Of a stretch of DNA of 64,000 nt, positions 52,196 through 60,584 are shown piece after piece. The DNA is from Candidatus Poribacteria bacterium. Lineage in GTDB: Bacteria; Poribacteria; WGA-4E; WGA-3G. The number at the start of each line of letters is the position of its first letter. Within the stretch, counting starts at the first letter, position 1. The position numbers and the translations under genes are program-made. Under the pieces are notes generated by a model. The model had not been told where the DNA came from, did no database searches, and was given only the letters and a program-made list of their open reading frames with translations. Location: NCBI GenBank assembly GCA_965220325.1, contig OZ244821.1, forward strand, positions 1,331,820 through 1,395,819, given 5' to 3'.

Positions 52196-54148
52196 ATGAA
52201 GATAAAAACAGATGCCCGAAAGTACCTGATCCTTGGCTCGCTCCTCTTGTTGTTCAACGGTTCTCTGGTGTTCTATGCTGAGGCAGAGGACGTTTACAGT
52301 CTATTTGGTAAGTTGTTCTTGTCCGGACGGGTCGAATACGATTTCACAAACCGACGCAACTTCCTCGCTGGCACAGAGGAGGAACAGGTTAGGCAAGATA
52401 ATTTCGATTTTGATCGCCTTTTTCGACGCGGTTTCCACAGCGTTATGGTGATTGAAGAGACCGCAGGGAGCGTCAAAAATATCCTGAGTCTCGGAGAAGT
52501 TCCGACAACCTTCACCAAATTTACCTTCGATCAGATTGACCTAAGCGGCGTCCGCTGGGAGGTCCGCTCCAACCGCACCGATTGGACAATTCTAATGGTA
52601 CCCGGTTTGCTGAACCGACTGAACGGTCAAGAGGAACAGACTGAAGGTTCGGGGATCGGTTTGCGCGAAGTAACAAAGTTCGGTAGGTCGCAGCTGGGGC
52701 TTTCTTGGTATTTCCGTGAAGTCCCCGTATGGGCAGTGGACTTGGAAACCAATTTCACAAACTACGGTGTGAAAGCGGAGATAGCTATCACTCCCAAAAA
52801 TGCATTGCAAAAGAACTTGGGCTCACGGTTCGATGCAATGACGACAGTTTTCAAAGCCTTCCAAACCGTTGGTGATACCATTTTTCAGGCAGAAGCGTTT
52901 CGCGTCGGTCCACGATTTGATGCCTCCCGATCCGTCGGCGATAACGATGACCAAGACCGCTACTCCGATAACACGTTTCCTGACCCACCATCTCTGATTA
53001 TTCCTGGCGACCTTGATAAAAATAACAACGGCATCTTCGACTATGAGGATGACATCCTCCTTTTCGATGTCGATGAGGATTTCCTTGACGAGAGTGACCG
53101 GAATAACAACGGTATTCGGGATGAGGAGGAAAATGATAAGGACCCCAATTACGAATTCGATGTCGGACTCCGAGGCATTCGGCTTTTTATGAACCGTAAG
53201 ATAAGTCAACAGGCGAGCGTTGTTGACCTTGATCTCGGATTGCAGATAGAAGAAAACCTCAGACTCAGAAATACGCCCACCTCAACGAAAGCACTCGCTA
53301 ACCTCGTTTACCAGAGACAACTTGCACAAGCTTCCTCGCTCATTTTCGAGAACGAACTCAAATTGGTGAAGGATCGGATTCCCGACGAAACGTGGTATTA
53401 CGCCGGATTTTTGGGGAGACAGGATGAACGGCTCTATCGATCGCAACCAGAAATCCAGAAAATGGTGAGAGAGGGAGACCTGCAGTTCTTTTATGTTGAT
53501 GGGGGTGTCGAAGTCGAAAAAAGGCGCAGGGATCCCCGATTGATGCAGAACGATCTCATTAACACGGCTAAAGTCACATGGGAATATCGCGGAATTGAAC
53601 GAATGGTTACGACCGCTCGTGCCAAAATTCAGTACGATTATGATTTCGACAAAGATAACGAACATTACGAAGTCGGCATTTTCAAGACGCTGTACCGCCT
53701 ACGTCCCTCCAAATCTCTGGAGATCAGTCCCATGTTCAAGTATACTATTCGGAACGGTTTTCGGATGGCAGAGGACCGAGTCGAATATCTTCCGCTAAGT
53801 GCGGAAATTGACGGCGAAGAGGTATCGCGCAGGCTTCGATTGCGTGAGATTGAACAGACGCACGTACGCGATATGACACCAGCACTTATCCTTAAGGTCG
53901 TCTATCAGTTCACGAAAACCATCAAGCTCACCGGTGGTGGTCAAATCCTTTTGTTCAACGATATGCGTGATGATGCGAACGATTTTGTCCGTCAAGCACT
54001 TTTAGCAGAGATGGAGAAGAGTTTTGTCGCTTACGAGAAGCAGCTTTTTCTGCATATCGGCGCACGGTACATAGACCAACGCGCAATCGGAGATGTTAAC
54101 GATCAGAATTATATGGAAACTTTTGTCAGAGTTTTTGGGAAATTTTAA
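52196..54148 (+). CDS. Outer-membrane beta-barrel candidate with Asp-rich Ca-binding-like insert (paralog of 14085..17438)
   Basis: Signal peptide. Asp-rich stretch: DNDDQDRYSDN...DLDKNNNGIFDYEDDILLFDVDEDFLDESDRNNNGIRDEEENDKDPNYEF. C-terminal ...TFVRVFGKF matches ...TFVRAMVGF of the paralog. Confidence 0.55.
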   Translation: MKIKTDARKYLILGSLLLLFNGSLVFYAEAEDVYSLFGKLFLSGRVEYDFTNRRNFLAGTEEEQVRQDNFDFDRLFRRGFHSVMVIEETAGSVKNILSLGEVPTTFTKFTFDQIDLSGVRWEVRSNRTDWTILMVPGLLNRLNGQEEQTEGSGIGLREVTKFGRSQLGLSWYFREVPVWAVDLETNFTNYGVKAEIAITPKNALQKNLGSRFDAMTTVFKAFQTVGDTIFQAEAFRVGPRFDASRSVGDNDDQDRYSDNTFPDPPSLIIPGDLDKNNNGIFDYEDDILLFDVDEDFLDESDRNNNGIRDEEENDKDPNYEFDVGLRGIRLFMNRKISQQASVVDLDLGLQIEENLRLRNTPTSTKALANLVYQRQLAQASSLIFENELKLVKDRIPDETWYYAGFLGRQDERLYRSQPEIQKMVREGDLQFFYVDGGVEVEKRRRDPRLMQNDLINTAKVTWEYRGIERMVTTARAKIQYDYDFDKDNEHYEVGIFKTLYRLRPSKSLEISPMFKYTIRNGFRMAEDRVEYLPLSAEIDGEEVSRRLRLREIEQTHVRDMTPALILKVVYQFTKTIKLTGGGQILLFNDMRDDANDFVRQALLAEMEKSFVAYEKQLFLHIGARYIDQRAIGDVNDQNYMETFVRVFGKF

Positions 54149-54197
54149 GAAAAAATAGTGAAATTGTAGAGAATTATGCATTTTTTTGTAAATTAAC

Positions 54198-54226
54198 TTG
54201 ACAAACAGTTTTATAGGGTGTATAAT
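54198..54226 (+). promoter_or_regulatory. Consensus sigma70 promoter with candidate BlaI-type operator just downstream
   Basis: TTGACA (54198..54203), a 17-nt spacer, then TATAAT (54221..54226). Downstream are the dyad ATTACG (54233..54238) / CGTAAT (54263..54268) and direct GTATTTA repeats. Confidence 0.55.
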
Positions 54227-54335
54227 ACTATTATTACGTATTTAGAATTAGTATTTACAGATCGTAATTCGCAACATGAACATTAACCTTCTGGTTCATG
54301 AGTCAAAGTCACCTTATATCTAAGGAGCATATCCG

Positions 54336-54722
54336 ATGAAAACCAAAAGATTACACCCATTAGAACTTGAAGTGATGAAAGTGGTATGGAAACTGACGCG
54401 TGCCACGGTCAACGATGTCCTTGATAATATTAACCGTAAGCTCGCCTATACTACTGTCGCTACAACGATGAAAAGTCTCGAAAAGAAGGGTTTTTTGTCG
54501 CATCAAGTGGATGGTAGGACGTTCGTTTACCAGCCTTTGGTCAAAGAGGCAGAGATTACGCATTCCATGCTCAGCGATTTACTGGAACGCCTTTTTGACA
54601 ACTCTGCCGAAAAACTGGTGAACACACTCCTTGAAGTGCGACAAACCAGCGCAGATGAACACAATCGCTTACAAGCGTTGATTAACAACTACCAGCCTGA
54701 AGGAGAAGAAACCGATGACTAA
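54336..54722 (+). CDS. BlaI/MecI/CopY family transcriptional repressor
   Basis: Winged-helix N-terminus: LHPLELEVMKVVWKLTRATVNDVLDNINRKLAYTTVATTMKSLEKKGFLSHQVDGRTFVYQP. Overlaps the next gene by 8 nt. Confidence 0.85.
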   Translation: MKTKRLHPLELEVMKVVWKLTRATVNDVLDNINRKLAYTTVATTMKSLEKKGFLSHQVDGRTFVYQPLVKEAEITHSMLSDLLERLFDNSAEKLVNTLLEVRQTSADEHNRLQALINNYQPEGEETDD

Positions 54723-57105
54723 GCAAATTTTCCTTTCTTTACTAAATTGCTCGTGGCAGTGGGTGCTATTGGGTGGTTTGACATGGTTCATCACCGGTGC
54801 TGTGTTTCGCAAAAAGCGTCGTTCTAACACCACTGTTCACCTGTTATGGTTGTTGTCTTTACTCAGTTTACCGATCCTGTTCGGTTTAAATCAGTTTGTG
54901 CCAGCACTCTCTATAGGCGGAAACCCGGTGTCAGAATTAACACAGGTGGAATTAACACAGGTGGAGCCAGTAAACATGTCGGGTTTAGCTGTGCCAGCTA
55001 CAGACCTACCGCAGGTTTCATCCGTGGGCAGCGACACGCAAACCGGAAATCAACGCCTTACAGCGGATAAGTCCTTTTTCAGTTGGGAAACCAAGACGGA
55101 ACTGCTCTTGGGCATCTGGGCAATCGGGGCGTTCACTATGCTCGTCCGTTTCGTGTTCGGCTTGTGCCGAATCTATCAACTCCGACGCAATGCCGTAGTC
55201 GCTGATGATTCATATCAGGCAATCTGTCGAGGCTTGGCGCGGCAGCTGGACATAAAACGGACGGTCACCGTGTGCATCTCGGATCGGATAGCATCACCGA
55301 TCTCATTTGGTTGGTTATCACCGTCCATCCTGATTCCACGAAAGCTGAATTTGGAGCAGTTTGAGTTGGTAGCGGCCCATGAATTAGCACATCTACAACG
55401 ACTTGATTGGTTAACGACCCTCTTTTCGCACGTGATTGGGGTTGTTTTCTTTTTTCATCCAATTTACTACTTCCTCAATCGCGAACTCGTCCGCCTACGG
55501 GAACGCATCTGTGACGATTGGGTTATCCGATTGACAGGTGCCAGAAAAAACTACGCGCAGTGTCTATTGGATCTGGTTCGCCACAGAGATAGAACTATTC
55601 CACTCGCTTTGTCCCTCAATCAGCCGTCGCAGTTGGAATCTCGGATTGACGCTATTTTGAAAGACAATCGGCAGTTAGACGTACAATTGAAGCCGCGCTT
55701 GCGGCTGATAGCAGCAACCTTGCTCCTTACCTGTCTGCCCTTATTGGCAATGGCACAACTGGTTCCGCTGAAAACTTTCCAGGTCTCGCTGTTCGCTCAG
55801 ACACCTGAGAAATCAGAAGAAGCGGTTGAAAAGCAGCACGGACAAGAAGCGAAAGTTGAGAAAATCGGTGAGAAAGCGGACACCGAGGATTCGGGCATTG
55901 AAGTGGAAGACCCGACGCTATTTGACGGGTCCGAGGAAAACGGAATCGTCTCCGGACCACAGCCCGGGGAAAAATTGCCGCCGTTGAAAGTAACTGGCAT
56001 TCGTGGCGACCTCGACGGTGAAACGTTTGATATCACCGCTAAAGCAGATGGAAAACCGATCATCTTATTCTTGCAAGACCCCGATGAAGCTGGCATAAAG
56101 GGACTTGTTCACGTGTTCGAGTGGCTGAAAAAAATTGGTGATTTCAAGAAAAAACAGAACAACGCGTCTGGTCTTGAATTTCAGATAGGCGTTGTGTTCC
56201 TTACAGATGATGCTGATGCGTTGCCTGAATCGGCTCGGGATGTTTTTGAAAAGCACCTTCCAGACGAGATTATAGTAGGGATCTCTCCCGATGGGCGTGA
56301 AGGGCCAAGCAGCTACCGGTTGAATCGGAGTGTTGCACAGACCGTTCTTATCGCTGAGGATGGGCAAGTGCTGCACAACTTCGCGTTCACAGAACCGATG
56401 CGCTCTCTCGGTTCACGCGTCGTTGGTACTATCGCCGATACGATCGGCGTAGTGTTTGTGCCGAAGCCTGTCGTCATTACCGAGATTGAGAGAGACAACG
56501 CTTCTGATCTTCCTGAGTGGGTAGAACTCCGCAACCTAAACGATAGCGAACTGAACTTGGAAGGTTGGACACTGGGCTCTACCACTACTATATTGAATGG
56601 CACGGAGTGGACTATCCAATTCAATGAAGATGTTAAAATCCCTGCTAACGGTTATCTGCTCCTTGACGCGGAATCGGTGAAAAAATTAGACATTACTGAG
56701 GGTGGATATGTGGTACTCCTGAGAAGAAAAGGGGAACGCAGTCCGACAATGGAGAAGGGCGCTGCTCACAATCGGGACCAAGACCCCTCGCTGGAAGAAA
56801 TCATTAAAAAGTTGGAGGAAAACGGGGTATTGATTCAACGATTCCTCATGGAGAAAGATGGGGCGCGTAATCATAAGCAGGGTCTCTCGCTGGAAGAAAC
56901 CATCAAAGAAGTGACGAAGGACACAGAGTTGATCCAACAACTCCTCGAGCAGCTGAAGGAAGGTGAGGGTGCGCGCAAGCGTTTGCGGGATCTCTCGCTG
57001 GAAGAAACCATCAAAGGGTTGAAGGAAGACATCGCACAACTCAAAGAACACCTCAAGCAACTCGAGGAAAAACACAAGCGAGTTTTTTCACCAAAAGAGG
57101 ACTAA
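54715..57105 (+). CDS. BlaR1/MecR1-like M56 membrane metalloprotease with a non-canonical extracytoplasmic region (thioredoxin-like segment, lamin-tail domain, coiled-coil repeats)
   Basis: N-terminal TM helices. M56 zinc motif AAHELAHLQRLDW. A further TM helix (LIAATLLLTCLPLLAMA). LTD pattern VVITEIERDNASDLPEWVELRNLNDSELNLEGWTL. Three LSLEE(T/I)IK-containing heptad-rich segments at the C-terminus. No penicillin-binding-type sensor domain recognised. Confidence 0.75.
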   Translation: MTKQIFLSLLNCSWQWVLLGGLTWFITGAVFRKKRRSNTTVHLLWLLSLLSLPILFGLNQFVPALSIGGNPVSELTQVELTQVEPVNMSGLAVPATDLPQVSSVGSDTQTGNQRLTADKSFFSWETKTELLLGIWAIGAFTMLVRFVFGLCRIYQLRRNAVVADDSYQAICRGLARQLDIKRTVTVCISDRIASPISFGWLSPSILIPRKLNLEQFELVAAHELAHLQRLDWLTTLFSHVIGVVFFFHPIYYFLNRELVRLRERICDDWVIRLTGARKNYAQCLLDLVRHRDRTIPLALSLNQPSQLESRIDAILKDNRQLDVQLKPRLRLIAATLLLTCLPLLAMAQLVPLKTFQVSLFAQTPEKSEEAVEKQHGQEAKVEKIGEKADTEDSGIEVEDPTLFDGSEENGIVSGPQPGEKLPPLKVTGIRGDLDGETFDITAKADGKPIILFLQDPDEAGIKGLVHVFEWLKKIGDFKKKQNNASGLEFQIGVVFLTDDADALPESARDVFEKHLPDEIIVGISPDGREGPSSYRLNRSVAQTVLIAEDGQVLHNFAFTEPMRSLGSRVVGTIADTIGVVFVPKPVVITEIERDNASDLPEWVELRNLNDSELNLEGWTLGSTTTILNGTEWTIQFNEDVKIPANGYLLLDAESVKKLDITEGGYVVLLRRKGERSPTMEKGAAHNRDQDPSLEEIIKKLEENGVLIQRFLMEKDGARNHKQGLSLEETIKEVTKDTELIQQLLEQLKEGEGARKRLRDLSLEETIKGLKEDIAQLKEHLKQLEEKHKRVFSPKED

Positions 57106-57207
57106 ATTATAACCCAAGTTGCCACTTTGTGACGCGACAAAGTCAACGATATGGCACATCTCTGAGAACCCAAGCAAAATTAACTGGCACAAGCCGTAAA
57201 TTTTGTC

Positions 57208-57262
57208 AGGACTTACGCATTTTTCCGTGATAACGGACATCCGATACACTGCAGGCGGGGTT
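57208..57262 (-). repeat. 55-nt intergenic repeat, copy 3 (reverse orientation)
   Basis: The reverse complement reads AACCCCGCCTG, 27 nt, then AAAAATGCGTAAGTCCT. Same length as copies 1 and 2. Confidence 0.6.
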
Positions 57263-57421
57263 TCAAACCCTGAAGAAACGCCCAAGCAAAAACCCTGCAG
57301 TGGGCTGCGTAAGTCCTGTTATTGCGTTTTTTGGATAGAATTATGCACCCGTTCCATCCATAAGTAGCGTCACCAGAAATGAAAGCACAATTATGCAACC
57401 ATCTATTTGTGGAGACGACCA

Positions 57422-60400
57422 ATGAAAAACAACGATGCCGAACTCATCCAACGCGTCCTTGAAGGCGACGATGATGCCTTCACTGTGCTGGTGAGAAAAT
57501 ACCAGAAGCAGGTGCACGCACTCGCATGGCGGAAAATCGGGGATTTCCATATCGCTGAGGAAATCACGCAGGACACTTTTCTGAAAGCATACAAACGGCT
57601 TTCCACACTCAAGAAACCGCAGCGGTTCGCAAGTTGGCTTTATGTCATCGCAGCGAATCGTTGTAGCTCATGGCTCCGGAAAAAGCGGTTGTGGACGCAG
57701 CCACTTGAGAACCTTGAGGAAACAGACGACAAGCAGCTACAACAATCGACGTATTCTGGATACGTCGCTGCGGAAAACGAACGCACAACCGTAGAGGCAC
57801 AACGCGATGTTGTTAAAAGGCTGCTTGCGAAACTACAGGAAAGTGAACGAACTATCATGACACTACACTACTTCGGTGAAATGTCCTGCACAGAGATCGG
57901 CACCTTTTTGGGAGTATCCAAAAATACTATCAAGAGCCGCCTCCGCCGCGCACAACAGCGCTTAAAGAAGGAGGAACCGATGATTCGAGAGGCTTTAGAA
58001 AACTTCCAGATCACGCCGAACCTCACAGAGAGTATCATGCAAGAGATCGCTCGCATTAAACCCGCTGCACCGTCGGGGAGTAAGCCATTCATGCCGTGGG
58101 CAGTCGCAGCTTCCACGGTGGCGGTGGTGTTACTAATGCTGGGCATCGGAAACCAACAACACGCACTCCGTTTCCAGAAACCCTATAACCTCGATGCCGC
58201 ATCGGAGATGACGGTTGAACTTATTGAAGCACCTGTTGTGCTGAACGTCGTATCTAAACCAGATACACGCACACAAATAGGGAGCACCAATACACCGGGC
58301 AAAAGTAGCAAGTCCGAACGACCACCAGATGATGCACCAGCACTCGTCGCAGAAGCACACGCGGATGAGCTTGTCGATGATTATACAAAATGGCATCTCC
58401 CAAAAGAAGCGAAAGCGCGGTTTGGAAAGGGAGGAATTAATGTCCTTCAGTTTTCACCGGATGGTACACAAATCGCTGTCGGAAGCAGCATCGGTGTGTG
58501 GCTATATGACCTAAATACTGGAAAAGAGATTACTATGTTCCCGGGAATGTGTGAATCTATCGCTTTTTCACCTGATGGGCAATTTATCGCAAGCGGTGGC
58601 GGGAAATATACATTTCATGCAGGATTCAGACTGTGGGAGATTGCGACTAGTCAAAAAGTGGCACTTATTGATGGCCCTCCTGCTGTCTCAGCACTGCAAT
58701 TTTCTGAAGATGGCGAAACACTACTCGGTTTGGGGAACTGGGGAGATTCAATCAGCAAGTTAAACGTTGAAACTGGAGAGGGAAATGTGAAAAATATTGA
58801 AGACCGTTCTTGGGAAAAAATACCAAGGAGAAGTATGCCGGAACCGTATGCCCTCACGGACGATAAATTTGCCGTTGGTGGCGAGAACGGAAAAATTCAG
58901 TTGTGGGGCACAACGATTGGTGAACAACTATCTACCCTCAGCGGACATGGAGAGGATTTAAAGAATCCGTTAATTGAGAAGCTTCAAGAGATGATTCAGG
59001 GTCAGCCGCCTGTTCCAGAGGGAAATAACCATGTTTTAGTCTTGGAATTTTCGCCTGATGGCACTAAACTCGCCAGCGGAAGCAAAGACAAAACAGTGCG
59101 ATTATGGAACACTACTACCGGCAACGAATTGGCTATTCTACGAAAACACACAGGATGGACAAACGTGTTAGCATTCTCTCCAAACGGGGAAAGGCTCGCA
59201 AGTGGAGGCACCGATAAAACAGTGCATTTGTGGGATACTGACACAGGTAAACTGATCACGACACTCAACAAACATCTCAGTAGTATTGCTGCACTCTCGT
59301 TTTCGCCTGATGGTAGAACACTTGCAAGTGGAAGCGCGGATGGCACTATTCGGTTCTGGAACACAGAAACCGGAGATTTACTACCCCTCAATATTACGGA
59401 ACACACGGAGTGGGTGAAAGCAGCCTCTTTCGTTAAAGATAGTTCTACACTTGCAAGCATCGCTTTTAATGGCGTAATTACTTTTTGGGATCTGCAGACA
59501 TCTCAAAAAACCGATGTTCAGATGACAGGACATCGAGATTTCTTACCGGCTTTGGCGTTTTCATCGGATGGGATTAAACTCGCAAACGTTAGCGCAAAAG
59601 CCACTATGTTCTTTGATCAAAGTTCCGGTATTTCAACATGGAGTGCAGACCATCTGGTTCGGCTGACGGATGTGACGACAGGGCGTGAGTTAGGGACATT
59701 AAATGAGACAAATGCTGGTGTTAATCCAGGCGCAAGTATGACTTTTTCGCCTGACAAAAAAACGGTGGCATTCGGAGAACAAGGCAAAATTCATTTATGG
59801 AATACGGAGACTGGTGCCAGCTTTGAAATCCCTCTTGTAGATAAACACAATGCTGATGGAAATGACGAGTTGGCACCTCCACCAGATATGATGATGCTTC
59901 TCCCAGTCCCTCAAATCGGTGCCCTGGTGTTCTCACCAGATGGGAAAAAACTTGTCAGTGGAACCATGGGCGGAAAGGTCCAGATGTGGGACGCTGAAAC
60001 TGGCGTTGAATTAGCCCCTTTCTTTGACGATGAAACCAAAAAAGAACCCGGTAAACTGAAGGCTACGGTCTCGTATCAGGATGGTATCACAGCGTTGGCA
60101 TTCTCTCCAAATGGTGCCTTGCTTGCTGTCGGAAGTTATAAACGTATCCGTTTACTCGGAAGCCATAAACAGAGTCGTCTTAAGGAAGTCCCCCACGGCG
60201 TCGAAACGTTAGTGTTTTCACCTGATAGTACTATGTTTGTTACTGGGCTCAGAAACGGAGGGATTGAATTATGGGATTTGCCAACCGGAGATAAACTCAC
60301 AATACTTGATGGGCATTCAGAACCAGTGGGAACCTTGGTATTTTCACCTGATGGAAAAACACTCGTCAGCACGGGACAAGACGGAACTATCCTCGTTTGG

Positions 60401-60448
60401 GATTGGAACGAAGTGCTCAAAAACTCGACTGTACAGGAAAAAGAGTGA
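57422..60448 (+). CDS. ECF sigma factor fused via one TM helix to a large extracytoplasmic WD40 repeat region
   Basis: Sigma70 region 2 (HIAEEITQDTFLKAYKRL...WLYVIAANRCSSWLRKK) and region 4 (IMTLHYFGEMSCTEIGTFLGVSKNTIKSRLRRAQQRLKK). TM helix WAVAASTVAVVLLMLGI. About 14 WD40-type repeats (FSPDG..LASGS.D.T(V/I)(R/H)(L/F)W(D/N)). ATG at 57422 with GGAG upstream. Confidence 0.8.
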   Translation: MKNNDAELIQRVLEGDDDAFTVLVRKYQKQVHALAWRKIGDFHIAEEITQDTFLKAYKRLSTLKKPQRFASWLYVIAANRCSSWLRKKRLWTQPLENLEETDDKQLQQSTYSGYVAAENERTTVEAQRDVVKRLLAKLQESERTIMTLHYFGEMSCTEIGTFLGVSKNTIKSRLRRAQQRLKKEEPMIREALENFQITPNLTESIMQEIARIKPAAPSGSKPFMPWAVAASTVAVVLLMLGIGNQQHALRFQKPYNLDAASEMTVELIEAPVVLNVVSKPDTRTQIGSTNTPGKSSKSERPPDDAPALVAEAHADELVDDYTKWHLPKEAKARFGKGGINVLQFSPDGTQIAVGSSIGVWLYDLNTGKEITMFPGMCESIAFSPDGQFIASGGGKYTFHAGFRLWEIATSQKVALIDGPPAVSALQFSEDGETLLGLGNWGDSISKLNVETGEGNVKNIEDRSWEKIPRRSMPEPYALTDDKFAVGGENGKIQLWGTTIGEQLSTLSGHGEDLKNPLIEKLQEMIQGQPPVPEGNNHVLVLEFSPDGTKLASGSKDKTVRLWNTTTGNELAILRKHTGWTNVLAFSPNGERLASGGTDKTVHLWDTDTGKLITTLNKHLSSIAALSFSPDGRTLASGSADGTIRFWNTETGDLLPLNITEHTEWVKAASFVKDSSTLASIAFNGVITFWDLQTSQKTDVQMTGHRDFLPALAFSSDGIKLANVSAKATMFFDQSSGISTWSADHLVRLTDVTTGRELGTLNETNAGVNPGASMTFSPDKKTVAFGEQGKIHLWNTETGASFEIPLVDKHNADGNDELAPPPDMMMLLPVPQIGALVFSPDGKKLVSGTMGGKVQMWDAETGVELAPFFDDETKKEPGKLKATVSYQDGITALAFSPNGALLAVGSYKRIRLLGSHKQSRLKEVPHGVETLVFSPDSTMFVTGLRNGGIELWDLPTGDKLTILDGHSEPVGTLVFSPDGKTLVSTGQDGTILVWDWNEVLKNSTVQEKE

Positions 60449-60584
60449 CCAACCCTATCTGCTTGGCAATCCTCCGCTCTAATGGTGTATAATTAATTGA
60501 ACGAAAGTTTACAGTTAATGTGATTTGAAAATAAGCGTGTGTCTTCTACAATAGCTCTGATTCAAAAACGTGAGCGGAGGAATA

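Noticed and set aside
59002-59460. 152-aa and 149-aa (61334..61783) antisense ORFs that resemble each other
   Set aside because: Both are the antisense of paralogous WD40 coding sequence, so their similarity is inherited from the sense strand.
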